Assembly: GCF_004010195.1 (NCBI RefSeq)
Contig: NC_057737.1
Span: forward strand, 19,876,327-19,940,326
Direction: 5' to 3'
DNA: 64,000 nucleotides
Source of the DNA: Chiloscyllium plagiosum
Lineage: Eukaryota
Both the position numbers and the translations under genes were made by a program. Positions 1-11,029 of this stretch are shown piece after piece. Position 1 is the stretch's first letter. Each line of letters begins with the position of its first letter. The notes under the pieces were generated by a model. The model was given only the letters and a program-made list of their open reading frames with translations. It did not search any database and was not told the DNA's origin.

Positions 1-295
1 TAGTTTAAATCCCCCCGAAGAGTGCTAGCAAACCTACCCTCCAGGATATTGGTGCCCTTCTGGTTCAGGTGCCACCCGTCCTGTTTGTACAGGTCCCACT
101 TTCCCCAGAATGCAGTCCAATTGTCCAAATATCTGAAGCCCTCCCTCCTACGCCAGCCTTGCAGCCACGTGTTCAACTGCACTCTCTCCCTATTCTTTGT
201 CTCACTGTCACGTGGCACCGGCAACAACCCAGAGATGACGACTCTGTCCTAGCTTTTAGCTTCCAGCCTAACTCCTTGAGCTCTTGAATGACCTC
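1..295 (-). mobile_element. CR1 (HER1-like) LINE ORF1 SGNH-esterase fragment
   Basis: Reverse complement aligns by eye to the 3' part of CR1 ORF1 at 21450-21754 (ELGWKLKART.../LNQKGTNIL...). Confidence 0.8.
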
Positions 296-640
296 CCCAC
301 CCCAGGCAGGCAGGGAGGTCAGCCCTTGACTTGATGTCTCATCTGCAAGATGGTAGTTGCTCAGTTCCACACTGGCACGTTCAACTTTGTTATTGTGCTC
401 TAATCCTGGAGCGGGACTAATCAAACCTAGAGGTTTGTGACATAGAGATAATCATTTCATGTTTGTGGCTACACTTCAAAAAGTAGCTCATTAACTGTAA
501 AGCGCTTCGAGATGACTGATGCAAATCTTTCCATTTTCTCACCCGAAAGACCAACGTCTGCCAATGCAGCACTCTGTGAGTACCGCACAGGAGATCCAGC
601 CTTCTCTTTAATGAATAAGCACGTCACTTTTTTTTTAATT

Positions 641-966
641 GAATCCCTACAGTGTAGCAACAGGCCCTTCTGCCCAACAAGTCCACACCAACCCTCTGAA
701 GAGTATTCCACCCAAAACCACTCCCCCACATTTACCCCTGACTAATGCACCTACACATCTCTGAATATAGTGGGCAATTTAGCATGGTCAACTCACCAAA
801 TCTGCACATCTTTGGACTGTAGAAGGAAACCAGAGCACCCAGAGGAAACCCACACAGACACAGGGAGAATGTGCAAACTCCACACATACAGTTGCCGAGG
901 CTAGGTTTGAACCCAGATCCGGGTGCTTTGAGGCAGCAGTACTAACCACTGGGCCACTGTGTCACC
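641..966 (-). mobile_element. HE1-type tRNA-derived V-SINE
   Basis: tRNA-like head (rc GGTGGCCCAGTGGTTAGTACTGCTGCCTCA...GGTTCAAACC), V-domain (GTGTGGAGTTTGCACATTCTCCCTGTGTCTGTGTGGGTTTCCTC) and CR1-like tail; many copies in the window. Confidence 0.85.
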
Positions 967-1720
967 CACCCTTGATGCCATAATATTTGCATTCTTCTCT
1001 TAACTTGCTCGTCAGTTAATGGCACATTCAGAAACTCATGACAAACACCGTAGATTCCTGTGATTTAATTGGTGAATCATGGCTGATTATAGATCTCATC
1101 TAAACTCCACTTTCCTGTCTGTTTCCTACCATAAACCTTGATTTCCTGTCTATCAAAACATCTATCGAACCCAACCTTGAATAAAACCAGTGACCCAGCT
1201 TCTAATTCTATCTGGGGAAGAGAAGTTCACAGACTGATGATCCTCTGAGAGGGGAAAAACTTCTCCTCTCCTCTGTCTTAAAAAGGTGACCTCTTATTCT
1301 TAAACTGTACCCCATTGTTCTGGTCTCCCCTGAGAGAGGATACATCCTCCAGATATCTCCCTATCAAGTTCCTTCAAAATGTAATATATTCCAATAAGAT
1401 CACATTGCATTATTCTAAACTCCAAAAGGTTTAAGCCCAACATGTTCAACCTTTCTTCATAAGGAGAGCCCTTCATTTCGTGAATAAGTCAAGTGAAATT
1501 TCTCTGAACTGCTTTTCTACCTTTTTCGAATAAGAACACCAAGACTGTACTTTAGATCCAGTCTCAAAAGCTCTGTACAGATGCAGTAAAACCTTTCTAC
1601 CTTTATGTTCTATTTCCCTTGCAATAAATACCAACATTACATCTGCCATCCTAATTATTTGCGATGCTGCATGCTAGTTGTGTGATGATTCTGTTCACTG
1701 AGCCGGGAATTTGTGTTGCA

Positions 1721-1754
1721 GACGTTTCGTCCCCTGTCTAGGTGACATCCTCAG
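1721..1754 (-). ncRNA. Minimal type I hammerhead ribozyme motif (intact core)
   Basis: rc = CTGAGGA T GTC A CCT AGAC AGG G GAC GAAACGTC, flanked by GCA/TGC (stem I). Confidence 0.75.
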
Positions 1755-2089
1755 TGCTTGGGAGCCTCCTGTGAAGCGCTTCTGTGATCTTTCCTCCGGC
1801 ATTTGTAGTGGTTTGAATCTGCTGCTTCCGATTGTCAGTTCCAACTGTCCGTTGCAATGATCGGTATATTGGGGACGAAACGTCTGCAACACAAATTCCC
1901 AGCTCGGTGAACAGAACCACAACAACGAGCACCCGAGCTACAAATCTTCTAATAAGCACATCGATCTGGATCCTATATACCGACCACTGCAACGGACAGC
2001 TGGAACTGACAACCGGAAGCGGCAGATTCAAACCACTACAAATGCCGGAGGAAAGATCACAGAAGCGCTTCACAGGAGGCTCCCAAGCA

Positions 2090-2123
2090 CTGAGAATGTC
2101 ACCTAGACAGGGGACGAAACGTC
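2090..2123 (+). ncRNA. Minimal hammerhead motif with G8->A core mutation
   Basis: CTGAGAA TGTCACCTAGACAGGGGAC GAAACGTC; differs from the sister copy at the conserved G of CUGAnGA. Confidence 0.65.
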
Positions 2124-2525
2124 TGCACCAGAAATTTCCAGCTCGGCGAACAGAACCACAACAACGAGCACCTGAGCTACAAATCTTCTCTCAAACTTTG
2201 AGTTGTGTGATGATTCATGTACCAGGACACCAAGATCTCTGTGCACTTCGTGTTCCGCAATCACACAAGCACTGATCTATACAGTAATCCTAGAAGCAGC
2301 AGTGCTAACCACTGAGCCACCTTGCTGTCCCATCTTCTGAAGTAACCTTTAATGTGGTACCATAACAAATGCCTTATGGAAATCCAATAAGGCCACAACA
2401 ACAGGTTCCCCTTTATCCACTTTGTTTGATATTTCCTCAAAGTACACTAAATGTTTAGTTAAACATGATTTCTCTTTCAGAAAATCATGTTATCTCAACA
2501 TGCCACCATTTTATCTTGCTAACTG

Positions 2526-2829
2526 TTTAGATTAGATTAGATTAGATTACAGTGTGAAAACAGGCCCTTCGGCCCAACAAGTCCACACCGCCCCACCGAA
2601 GCACAACCCACCCATACCCCTACATTTACCCCTTATCTAACACTACGGGCAACTTAGCATGGCCAATTCACCTGAGCTGCACATCTTTGGCCTGTGGGAG
2701 GAAACCGGAGCACCCGGAGGAAACCCACGCAGACACGGGGAGAATGTGCAAACTCCACACAGTCAGTCGCCTGAGGCGGGAATTGAACCCGGGTCTCTGG
2801 CGCTGTGAGGCAGCGGTGCTAACCACTGT
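2526..2829 (-). mobile_element. HE1-type V-SINE, young copy
   Basis: CpG-rich V-domain and tRNA head, (ATTAG)n tail at 2526-2549. Confidence 0.88.
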
Positions 2830-3210
2830 TCTTGTATAATCTCTATAATAATGGATTCTAACAATTTCTCGGTGACAGATATAAGGCTAATTGACCTGCT
2901 TCCAGCCAGGCTCCTTTCTTGAAAATGGTTTTAGATTTGTAATTTCCAAATTCACTGGCACTATTCTAGAAAGTATTTTGGGGAATTCTCACCAGGAAAA
3001 TACATTGCTTTGAAGACATTGGCTTGCATTGTGGAGGATATAGAATTATAGCACATGCATTAAATAAAAGATGTCAAGTAAGCTTGTTTCATTCCAATAA
3101 TTTAATTTCCAAATGTAATACACTCAAAGTAACTTGAACTAACAATGGGGAATTCTGGATCACTAATTGTCAGGAATTTATTTGAATTGAGTACTGAGTT
3201 GTGAGTTCAC

Positions 3211-3298
3211 AGGTCACTGGACCCAAAACGTTAACTCTGATTTCTCTCCACAGATGCTGCCAGACCTGCTGAGCTTTTCCAGCAATTTCTGTTTTTGT
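3211..3298 (+). mobile_element. PLE terminal fragment with truncated hammerhead
   Basis: AGGTCACTGGACCC AAAACGTT followed by CAGATGCTGCCAGACCTGCTGAGCTTTTCCAGCA; related to 36110-36300. Confidence 0.55.
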
Positions 3299-4030
3299 TG
3301 TGTGTACTTGAACTGCTTTAGATTACAGCGATGAAGCCAACATCTTTGAAAGTAGATTTTCTCAAATTCATTATTTTTCTGCTATAATACATGCTGAAAA
3401 TAATCCAAAATAGCCATTGCAAAAGTATAAGAAAACTGTTACCAAATGAGGTACAAATGTATTAATTTACCAGGCCTGGAATGGGTTTCATGTGTGGGCA
3501 GAATTATTAATCATTAAGGTTGTAACTATTTCCCAGGGAATCTCAAAAAGAAAAAGAGCTATTAGCTGAGGTTTGAAATTAAAATTACTTGGCTCAAATT
3601 TAAGCTCCAAGCAGGAATATTAGTGAAAATATTTTCTGACTGATGATGGCTTCTGGTTTTATCTTTGAATTTTTGTAGGTTGGCGTACTGGTGGAATCTT
3701 ATCATGCCATTCTCTTTCACAAGAGAGTGATTTGTACAAAGTTCATAGTGCAGACCACAATAGGTTCACAGATGGCAGCATGGAGGGGCTGTCAGTATCT
3801 CTTCTTCCAAAGAATCTTAATTAAAGAGCTCAAAATTTATACTAGCACCTCCAGAACTAAATGTTCAAAGGATTTTCTTTGAGATGCACAAAGACTGATT
3901 CACAGACATGTAAATTAATCAAATAAAAGGAAATGGAGCAGCACATCTCTAGTTCTGAAGCACGTAAGAATGAGGACAACAGTTCCAAAAAGAGCAGGCA
4001 AGTGTGTGTGGAGAGCAGCTTCATAACATG

Positions 4031-4302
4031 CATAGAATCATAGAATCCTGACAGCGTGGAAGCAGGCCATTCGGTCCATCAAGACCATACCGACACTCTG
4101 AAAAGCAACCCACCCAGAACCATGTAACCCTGCATTTCCCATGGCTAATTCACATGACCTGCAATTCATTGAACAGTGGGAGGAAACTGGAGCACCTAGC
4201 GGAAACCCGCACAGACACGGGGAGAATGTGCATACTCCACACAGACAGTTGCCCAAGGGTAGAATCGAACCCTGCTGAGGCAGCAGTGTGGTAACTATTG
4301 AG
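4031..4302 (-). mobile_element. HE1-type V-SINE
   Basis: V-domain and (CATAGAAT)n tail. Confidence 0.8.
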
Positions 4303-4309
4303 GTGGCTT

Positions 4310-4665
4310 GAAAGGGTAGATGTTGAGAAGGTCTTCCCACTGGTGGGAAAATCTCAAATGATGTGACTTAGTCACAGAATAAGAGAACACTCATTTAAAG
4401 CTGAGAGGCAAGGGTATTTCTTCATCCAGTGGTTATGGTATGTCGGGAGCTCTTTACCACAGAGAGTTGTGGTGGCTAGATCACTGGAAGTATTTAAAGT
4501 GGAGGTAGATGTATTTTTGAAATATTGAGTTGCTGAGAGCTATGATGAACTGACCTGAAAGAAGAGATGAGGCTTAGGGCAGGTCAGTCATGATCTTGTT
4601 GATTGGCAGGGGAGGCTTGAGAGGCCAAATAGTCTCTTCAAGTTCCAAACCTTTCTGTTCTTATG
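4310..4665 (+). mobile_element. CR1 LINE 3' fragment
   Basis: Degenerate GRC.EGLPTG / FFIQWLWYVGSSLPQRVVVARSLEVFK.EVD-type CR1 C-terminus plus 3' UTR. Confidence 0.65.
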
Positions 4666-4786
4666 AAGAGAAAATTATATGTTTCTGCACCCGAGTGAAT
4701 GTGAGTAATGTGAATTTAGTTTCGAAGTGCTCTGGCTACATTTATTGATAAAGAATATCTGGGGTCATTTCCATTCTTCCCCTGCT

Positions 4787-4807
4787 ACACACACACACAC
4801 ACACACA
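4787..4807. repeat. (CA)n microsatellite
   Basis: Direct reading. Confidence 0.9.
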
Positions 4808-5599
4808 AACCCATCTATCTTGCCTTTTCATTAAATCTGATCTATATGCGCTGTTTTATTCTTTACATTTAGCAACCCATCTAATATATACCTTCATCAA
4901 CTGTAAAATTGCAAGCATTGAGGCAAGTCTATAAGTAATAGTTTATTAATAATTATAAACAATGTAATTCAACAGTTCAATTCACACTGCATATAAATTA
5001 GCACACTGATGATACTAGAGAGTTTTGCCTGGCGATATTAGTCATTTCTCCTGTGAACTTGTAGCAATGGGTTTTTTAAACAATGGATCAAACACAATTG
5101 GAAGATGTGAAGCTCCCCAAAAGTGTTGCAAAAACACTAACCCATTTCCATCAAACTGAAGAAACATGCATCCACCACTCAGACAGAGCTCTAAACAATA
5201 CCCCATACAAAAGATTGTGGTGCATTGCTGAGTACAAGGGAGCTGCGTCATTCACTAAAACAATTAGCTTGCATTGTGAATACCTTAGATTAATAGACAT
5301 GTTTTACTTCAGTAAATTATCCACACAATATAATATGTGCATTGTTAATTAAGGTAATTTGGAGTCAATTACAACAGGAAATAAAATTGTAGAAAGTAAA
5401 CAAATCCATGTGTTATCTTTTATTTAATTCATGTGCTCTCATTCTGCAAGCTTTGTATTGTACACTATGACAATTGTAAATGTTTTTGTAAATAATATAT
5501 ATTACAGGATGGGAATTTGTTTTATATACATACCTGCATGACTATTCACAATTTGGTAAGGAAAATCTTCTTCCGTGTGTGTTAGTTTGACTCTATTTC

Positions 5600-5915
5600 T
5601 CATGTTCCTGAATCAAAGGTTGTTGATTCAAGTCCCATTTCGGAACATTTGTATCTAACCTATTCCATTCCTGCCAGAGTGCAATATTGTTCAAAGAACG
5701 AGTTTTAAATGGTATCATAACCAATATGAATCCCTTAGCCAATAGCACTGAAACAGATTTGTTCACCTCATTGCAGCTAGTGCGATCCTGCTGAGCAAAA
5801 ATTGGCTCTGTTTTTCCTCCACAACAATAATATTAGTCATTCTTTAAAAGAAAAAAAAAGTCATTGTCTATGTATTACTTCCTATGTAAAGAATTGCCAC
5901 ATAAATATAACTTTT
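5600..5915 (+). mobile_element. Highly decayed Deu-domain SINE
   Basis: tRNA-like head remnant and partial similarity to 50510-50835. Confidence 0.4.
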
Positions 5916-7589
5916 TTCGTTATCTCATGGAATTGCTCAGGAGGTTGTGATTAAAGCCTTTGGTTCTTCTTTTCCAAGGAATGAGAAATGGTTAACAAAT
6001 TCTATGTCAGCACTTTTAAAGAAAAAGGAATTAATAACTGTTTCAGTGTCATAAAGAGATGCACAAGTAATGAATTGTAGTATAAAATATGATGATTGCT
6101 GAAAAAAAGATACGTGCTGTCAAATGTTTTTGTCTTGTACTCATCAGGATAGAATAGCAAAAATGCCAAATCCCAAAAGAAACAAGAATTTATACTGTAT
6201 GAGAAGAGGGTTCTAAATGGTAGCATGTCTTAGCATTCTAGCTATGTCATATCAAGGAAGGAAGCCAGCCTAGGGCATTGGAGGATGCGAGATTAGCTGG
6301 GTGTTATGGCTATGCCTATTTTTATAGACAGGAAGTATGTGCCAAAGTAAGCTTTTGAATTTATTATATCTGGTTTATTGGAGTTCATTTTATATAAAGG
6401 ACTCAAACTCATACATATGAGCCAGATCTATTTAGTTGAGAGTCGGGGCATTTAGAAGTGTAATGACATCATGTTCATCATGACCTATCAGGCAACCTTT
6501 TTAATGTTAAACAAAAGAATAACACAACCTTCCAAAGCACTGGAATCATCCAAGATTGCCATGCTGCCATGTTGTGTAGAGAACATTCAAACTAAACTAC
6601 AGTGCACTTGTGCATATTGGTGATTTGTTTCCTACGATGCAACTTTCTTTGCAATGCAGTTATTTCAGCAAGCTGAAAGAGCTGAAATAATAGATTAAGG
6701 GTCAACTTTATGAATAAGCACAAATCCAAATCACTCAGCATGTCTTCCAAAAACCACACACAATCTGTTTTGAATGCAGCTAGATAGTGAGGCAACTTTT
6801 AACTGAGAAGCAGCTTATAAGCAATCAGCCTTTAAGTTGAATTGTTACACTGAGAATAGAACTCTGTGCCTGACCATAAATGGACAAATGCAGAATGCTG
6901 CGACCAGCAGATTAAATTTGACAGAATGGGAGTGCCTCGGTAAATCTAAATGTGGGAATGTCACTGACCTAGTAATTTACTCTCTTCAAGGGGCTACATA
7001 AATGCAAATTGTTGTTAAACTTGTGAGTGAAAACGTATTGCATTCTGATCAAAACTTCCCACCCACTGGAGGTGCTGAAACACCTTCATTTTGTGTCACC
7101 AGATCCTCCGTGTCTGCCACAGTTTGTTTAATTCAGGGAGTTAGTAGCTTCATGCCACAAGGTCTTTCACCCTTCCATCACGTTTTCTTCGAGAGCTGAA
7201 GCTAACAGTGTTGAAGGAAAGTTCAGAGTTGCCAATTTACTCTGTTCACAAGTAAACCTTAAATACTACTTGTGTACTTCCCAAATTTCCTTAGAAATTA
7301 TATTGTACGATTGATTCAAATGCAAACCAAAAATGTCAGTGTATATGACAACTGAATTGTATTGGAACAATTAGGTAAAGGTAAAGTTGCCACAGTCCCA
7401 GAGGACCATAAGGCTGCTCTCCCATTAGAGAGGGATGGTTGATGATGGCTTAACCTGTGGGCCACCAAGGTACAGGAAAGCAGAAAGCTTGAGAAAGTGG
7501 GATCTTCATTGTAACCTTATCCCCCATCTCTAACTCAGCTTTGCATTAGTTTTTATTTTCCATGTGCAATACTGTGGGAGATTGACTAC

Positions 7590-7725
7590 ACAGTCATAGA
7601 GATGTACAGCACAGAAACAAACTCTTCGGTCAAACTCTTCCATGCCGACCAGATATCCTAACCTAATCTAGTCCCATTTGCCAGCACTTGGCCCATATCC
7701 TTCTAAACCCTTCTTATTCATATAA
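7590..7725 (-). mobile_element. CR1/HER1 3' terminal fragment
   Basis: rc matches CR1 3' ends at 14535-14680 and 40270-40455. Confidence 0.7.
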
Positions 7726-7996
7726 ATGACATTTTGTAGACTCTGTAGTTGAGTAATTTTGAATTGAATTTACTGTTGTAAATTAGGTACAATAACTTAT
7801 TAACAATTTTGTAGAGTGTGCACTTCCTATAGATGCTAACTCGTGTCACAATTTCCGATATATTTTTCTAAACTCCTAATGCTATAAAACATCTCATGAG
7901 CAATGCCATGGAAGACCAACTGGTGTTTGAAAATATGAGGAATTATATGCATAGTTTGTTTTTTTGTTCTGAATATATCTTTTGTTTCTGTTTCAG

Positions 7997-8191
7997 CCTT
8001 TGAACAGGGTCATTGCTATGAGCCATTCATTAAGTATGGAAATTTCACAACGGGTGATGCATCATATCAAGTGGGAACTGTGGCTGAGTTTTCATGTGAT
8101 CCGGGGTACACCCTGGAACAAGGGTCCATGATTATAGAATGTGTGGACATCCGGGACCCCCAGTGGAATGAGACTGAGCCAGCCTGCAGAG
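7997..8191 (+). CDS. SEZ6: Seizure protein 6 homolog, internal exon encoding a sushi/CCP domain
   Basis: Acceptor TTTGTTTCTGTTTCAG| and donor |GTAAGG; 195 bp, phase 1-1. Reads (A)FEQGHCYEPFIKYGNFTTGDASYQVGTVAEFSCDPGYTLEQGSMIIECVDIRDPQWNETEPACR, matching recalled vertebrate SEZ6 (HCYEPFVKYGNF...CDPGYTLEQGSIIIECVD..DPQWNETEPACR). Missed by the ORF track. Confidence 0.93.
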
Positions 8192-10089
8192 GTAAGGGAA
8201 CATAAATGTGGGAACACGTTTTCCATCAACCAGCAGAAAGCAAAGCAAAGAGCAAGCTAAGACTTTATCTATTTAAAGAACCTATGGTTTCTAGCAGATC
8301 GTTGACACCACATGATTTAACTCTATCATCTACTCAGAAGTGGTGATCAGGATCTGTACAAGCATTATAAAATCTTCTGCCCACCATATTAGTTAAAGAC
8401 AAGCAATTGGTGTGCAATGCCTGGAACTTAAAATTCATTTTAATTGTCCACTCTTGTTGCAACTTTCCCAGCCCCCATTGAAACTAAATACCTAAACGAG
8501 GGGGTCGCTTGGCAGGTGTTAAAGGGCCTGACAGAAGGTTAACAAGGCATTAGTACTGTGTTGGGTGAGTAGTTTTACCAATGTTCAGCGTTCTCCATGT
8601 GAATTCATTGTGTTCAATACCTATTCAATTTTTCTGTTAAGAAAAGTAGTCTTGTTGGTGAAAACCTAATAAAATAATATTGAATGACTGAAAGGCACGC
8701 TGACATACTGGTCGTAAGACATAGCACAACAACAGCCAGTGCTATAAAAGAAGATTATAAATAAAATCAATGTTTTGACGGTCCTTGCACAATATTCATT
8801 GCTACCTTTGGCAGTTGGTAGGATTTCCTGTGTGTGAACCCTTCATATTCATCAGTAAGAGACATGAGATTGAGAGTATCACTACATCATAGGATGTGAC
8901 CTAAGGGTATAGAAATTTCATTCTCTATCTTAACTCAAATTACTAGAAATGTACTCCTTTGTTATAGCCAAATGGCTTAATATTAGCCCAGATATTTGTA
9001 TGCCTGAGGAATATAATGTTTATACAGAATGGCTGGCTATGATAAATGTCTGTTGGTTTCTTCAATAGCACAATGTCCACTCCCAGTTTCTTATGTTGCA
9101 GGAAATAACACCCAAACTCACGCCAGATGTAATTACTCCAGAAGGATCCAGGAGTCATATTGTTAAGTTTTACTTATAATAGTAAATATGAGCCCAACTC
9201 ATTAGCCAACTCTTCTAGCACTTCAAGTAATCTAGCTGTTCCTCTGGCTGGTGAAATGTTTCTGTCTGACCAGCAAAGTCTTATTGGTCATCCATGGCGT
9301 ATCAGGATGATTAACAGGTTAACAATTAACTCATTAGTCATGCTATAAATACAGGGTACACCATCTGTGATGGTCAAGTCCTGGAAGAGGACTCAAACTC
9401 CAAACTTTTGGGGAAGTGTATATGTTATACTGGGAAGAGAATGTTCCTTTCATTGTTTTGTGACATCAGTAAATCACCCGTCAAACTGCAAAAAATTAAT
9501 AATAATTCAATTGGAGAGCTTTTAATCTGTTAAGCAGACAAAGAAAGAATAGCCTGACTGTGTATTTCTAATATTCACTGAATATTATAGAACTTTAGAG
9601 TCTGGGTGTGTATTATTAACTCTTGTTAGCAGATATGCTCGAGCATTTTTTAAACAGCCTCACGTAGTGATATATTTACTGCAAAGCAATGCATAGGTGG
9701 GAAGCTAAGATAGAGGCACTCAATCCATTAAATTGTGAGGTATGGTCAGCTAGCATTGATATTACACAAAGATAAACATTCAAATGATGAACAATACATC
9801 AACTTTCTTCTAACAGAGGCACTCAGTTGCTAATTTAAATTTTTGAATGGTCTAAATTCAAAGCTAGTGGGTTTCTCTACAATTTTCAAAGCTAAGTAAA
9901 AGGGGCTAATACTCAGTGCTATTGTAGTGCCACAGTGTATTGGAACTCCAATGGTCCTTGCCTCGGAATGACAAAAATATAGACTGATTAAACCTTCAGG
10001 AGATGAGCAATGATAGAATAAAATGTGAAGGGGGAGTGTCTAACACTTCCATCTAGTTAACAGTGAAGCTGGGAGCAAGATCAGAGTTA

Positions 10090-10475
10090 CAAGGTCATAC
10101 TTGTTAACCTAGAAAGCACTGCTCTACTCAAAACTCCATCATGGCAGGAAGGTCATAGGAGGACATGAGAAATGCTTTAGGGATGACCTCAAGACATCAT
10201 GAATAGGTCAAATATCCTGACTGACTCATGGGCTGGTTTGTGACCAACCAGAATAGAGAAGGCTCATTTGGAAAGAGCTGATTGCGAAATGTTATCAGGA
10301 TCACACAGGCAAAGTCACCGTGTCAGAGTGAGGTCACAACAACTCGAAACCCGACCCTCCAGGTGGCAAAGTCTGTTGGTTGTTCATAGAATTTATTGAC
10401 CATATCAGAACCTCTTGAACCAAAGGGGAAATAAATCATCCTCGATCCCCAGGGGCTGCCGAAGAAGAGAATAAT
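10090..10475 (+). mobile_element. RTE-clade LINE 3' fragment
   Basis: Degenerate PRKALLYSKL...GG..KCFRDDLK...W....DQ...R-type RTE C-terminus, ending TCCTCGATCCCCAGGGGCTGCCGAAGAAGAG. Confidence 0.55.
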
Positions 10476-11029
10476 CCAATTGTCTGGTAGTATGCAGCTA
10501 GACAAAGTGCAAAAGGGATTTGAAAGATTATATAGAAAAATTTGAAGGAAGAGGGAAATAAACATTTTGTTCTCATTTCACAGAAAAAAATGAAAGTAAT
10601 TTGTAGCTGCAACTGATAAAGTGTTCCCATAGCGACACAAAGACAATGTTCTTTCGTTCTGCCCCTCCATTTAACAGATATATTTATCTTCTCTCCTTCT
10701 TACCCCTACTCTCCCCCACATCACCGAATGCCACCATCACCTCCCAGTAAAAATGATGTTTAGCAGTAGGTAATGGGAACCCAGTTGAGACAGAGATCAG
10801 GGATCTGCAGCAACTGATTCTGTTCAACAAATGTAATACACTTGCTGCCCAGGAGAATAAGGATAAAAACTGTTTAAGGAGATCCAGAGTACTGCCAATA
10901 GCATCATGGAACATGACGGGGTATTCAAAGGAAAGACGGAAAGCGTCATGTTGTACTTGTAGGGGGTTGAATAATTAGTTGGGATGGGGAGATGGCCAGA
11001 TCATATTCTTTAAAACTGAGTGAGAGTCC

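Larger units (their letters stand above)
1692..2200 (+). mobile_element. Penelope/Poseidon-type PLE 3'-end insertion with inverted terminal repeat
   Basis: Perfect 16-bp TSD AGTTGTGTGATGATTC (1676-1691, 2201-2216). 1689-1869 is an inverted copy of ~1975-2155; 1871-1950 is a direct copy of the 3' end. 1951 onward reads NKHIDLDPIYRPLQ..., the PLE GIY-YIG C-terminus also seen at 34515-36068. Confidence 0.85.
1060..2990 (-). mobile_element. Decayed CR1 LINE 3' portion, interrupted by a PLE (1692-2200) and an HE1 SINE (2526-2829)
   Basis: Reverse complement resembles the CR1 RT/3' end seen elsewhere in the window; host sequence resumes after the 16-bp duplication flanking the PLE. Confidence 0.65.

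Noticed and set aside
3679-3882. Acceptor-like TTTTTGTAG followed by an open frame as the upstream SEZ6 exon
   Set aside because: Translations show no resemblance to the expected CUB-domain sequence.
7062-7080. Full REST/RE1 silencer
   Set aside because: Only the left half-site is present; GGACAG is missing.
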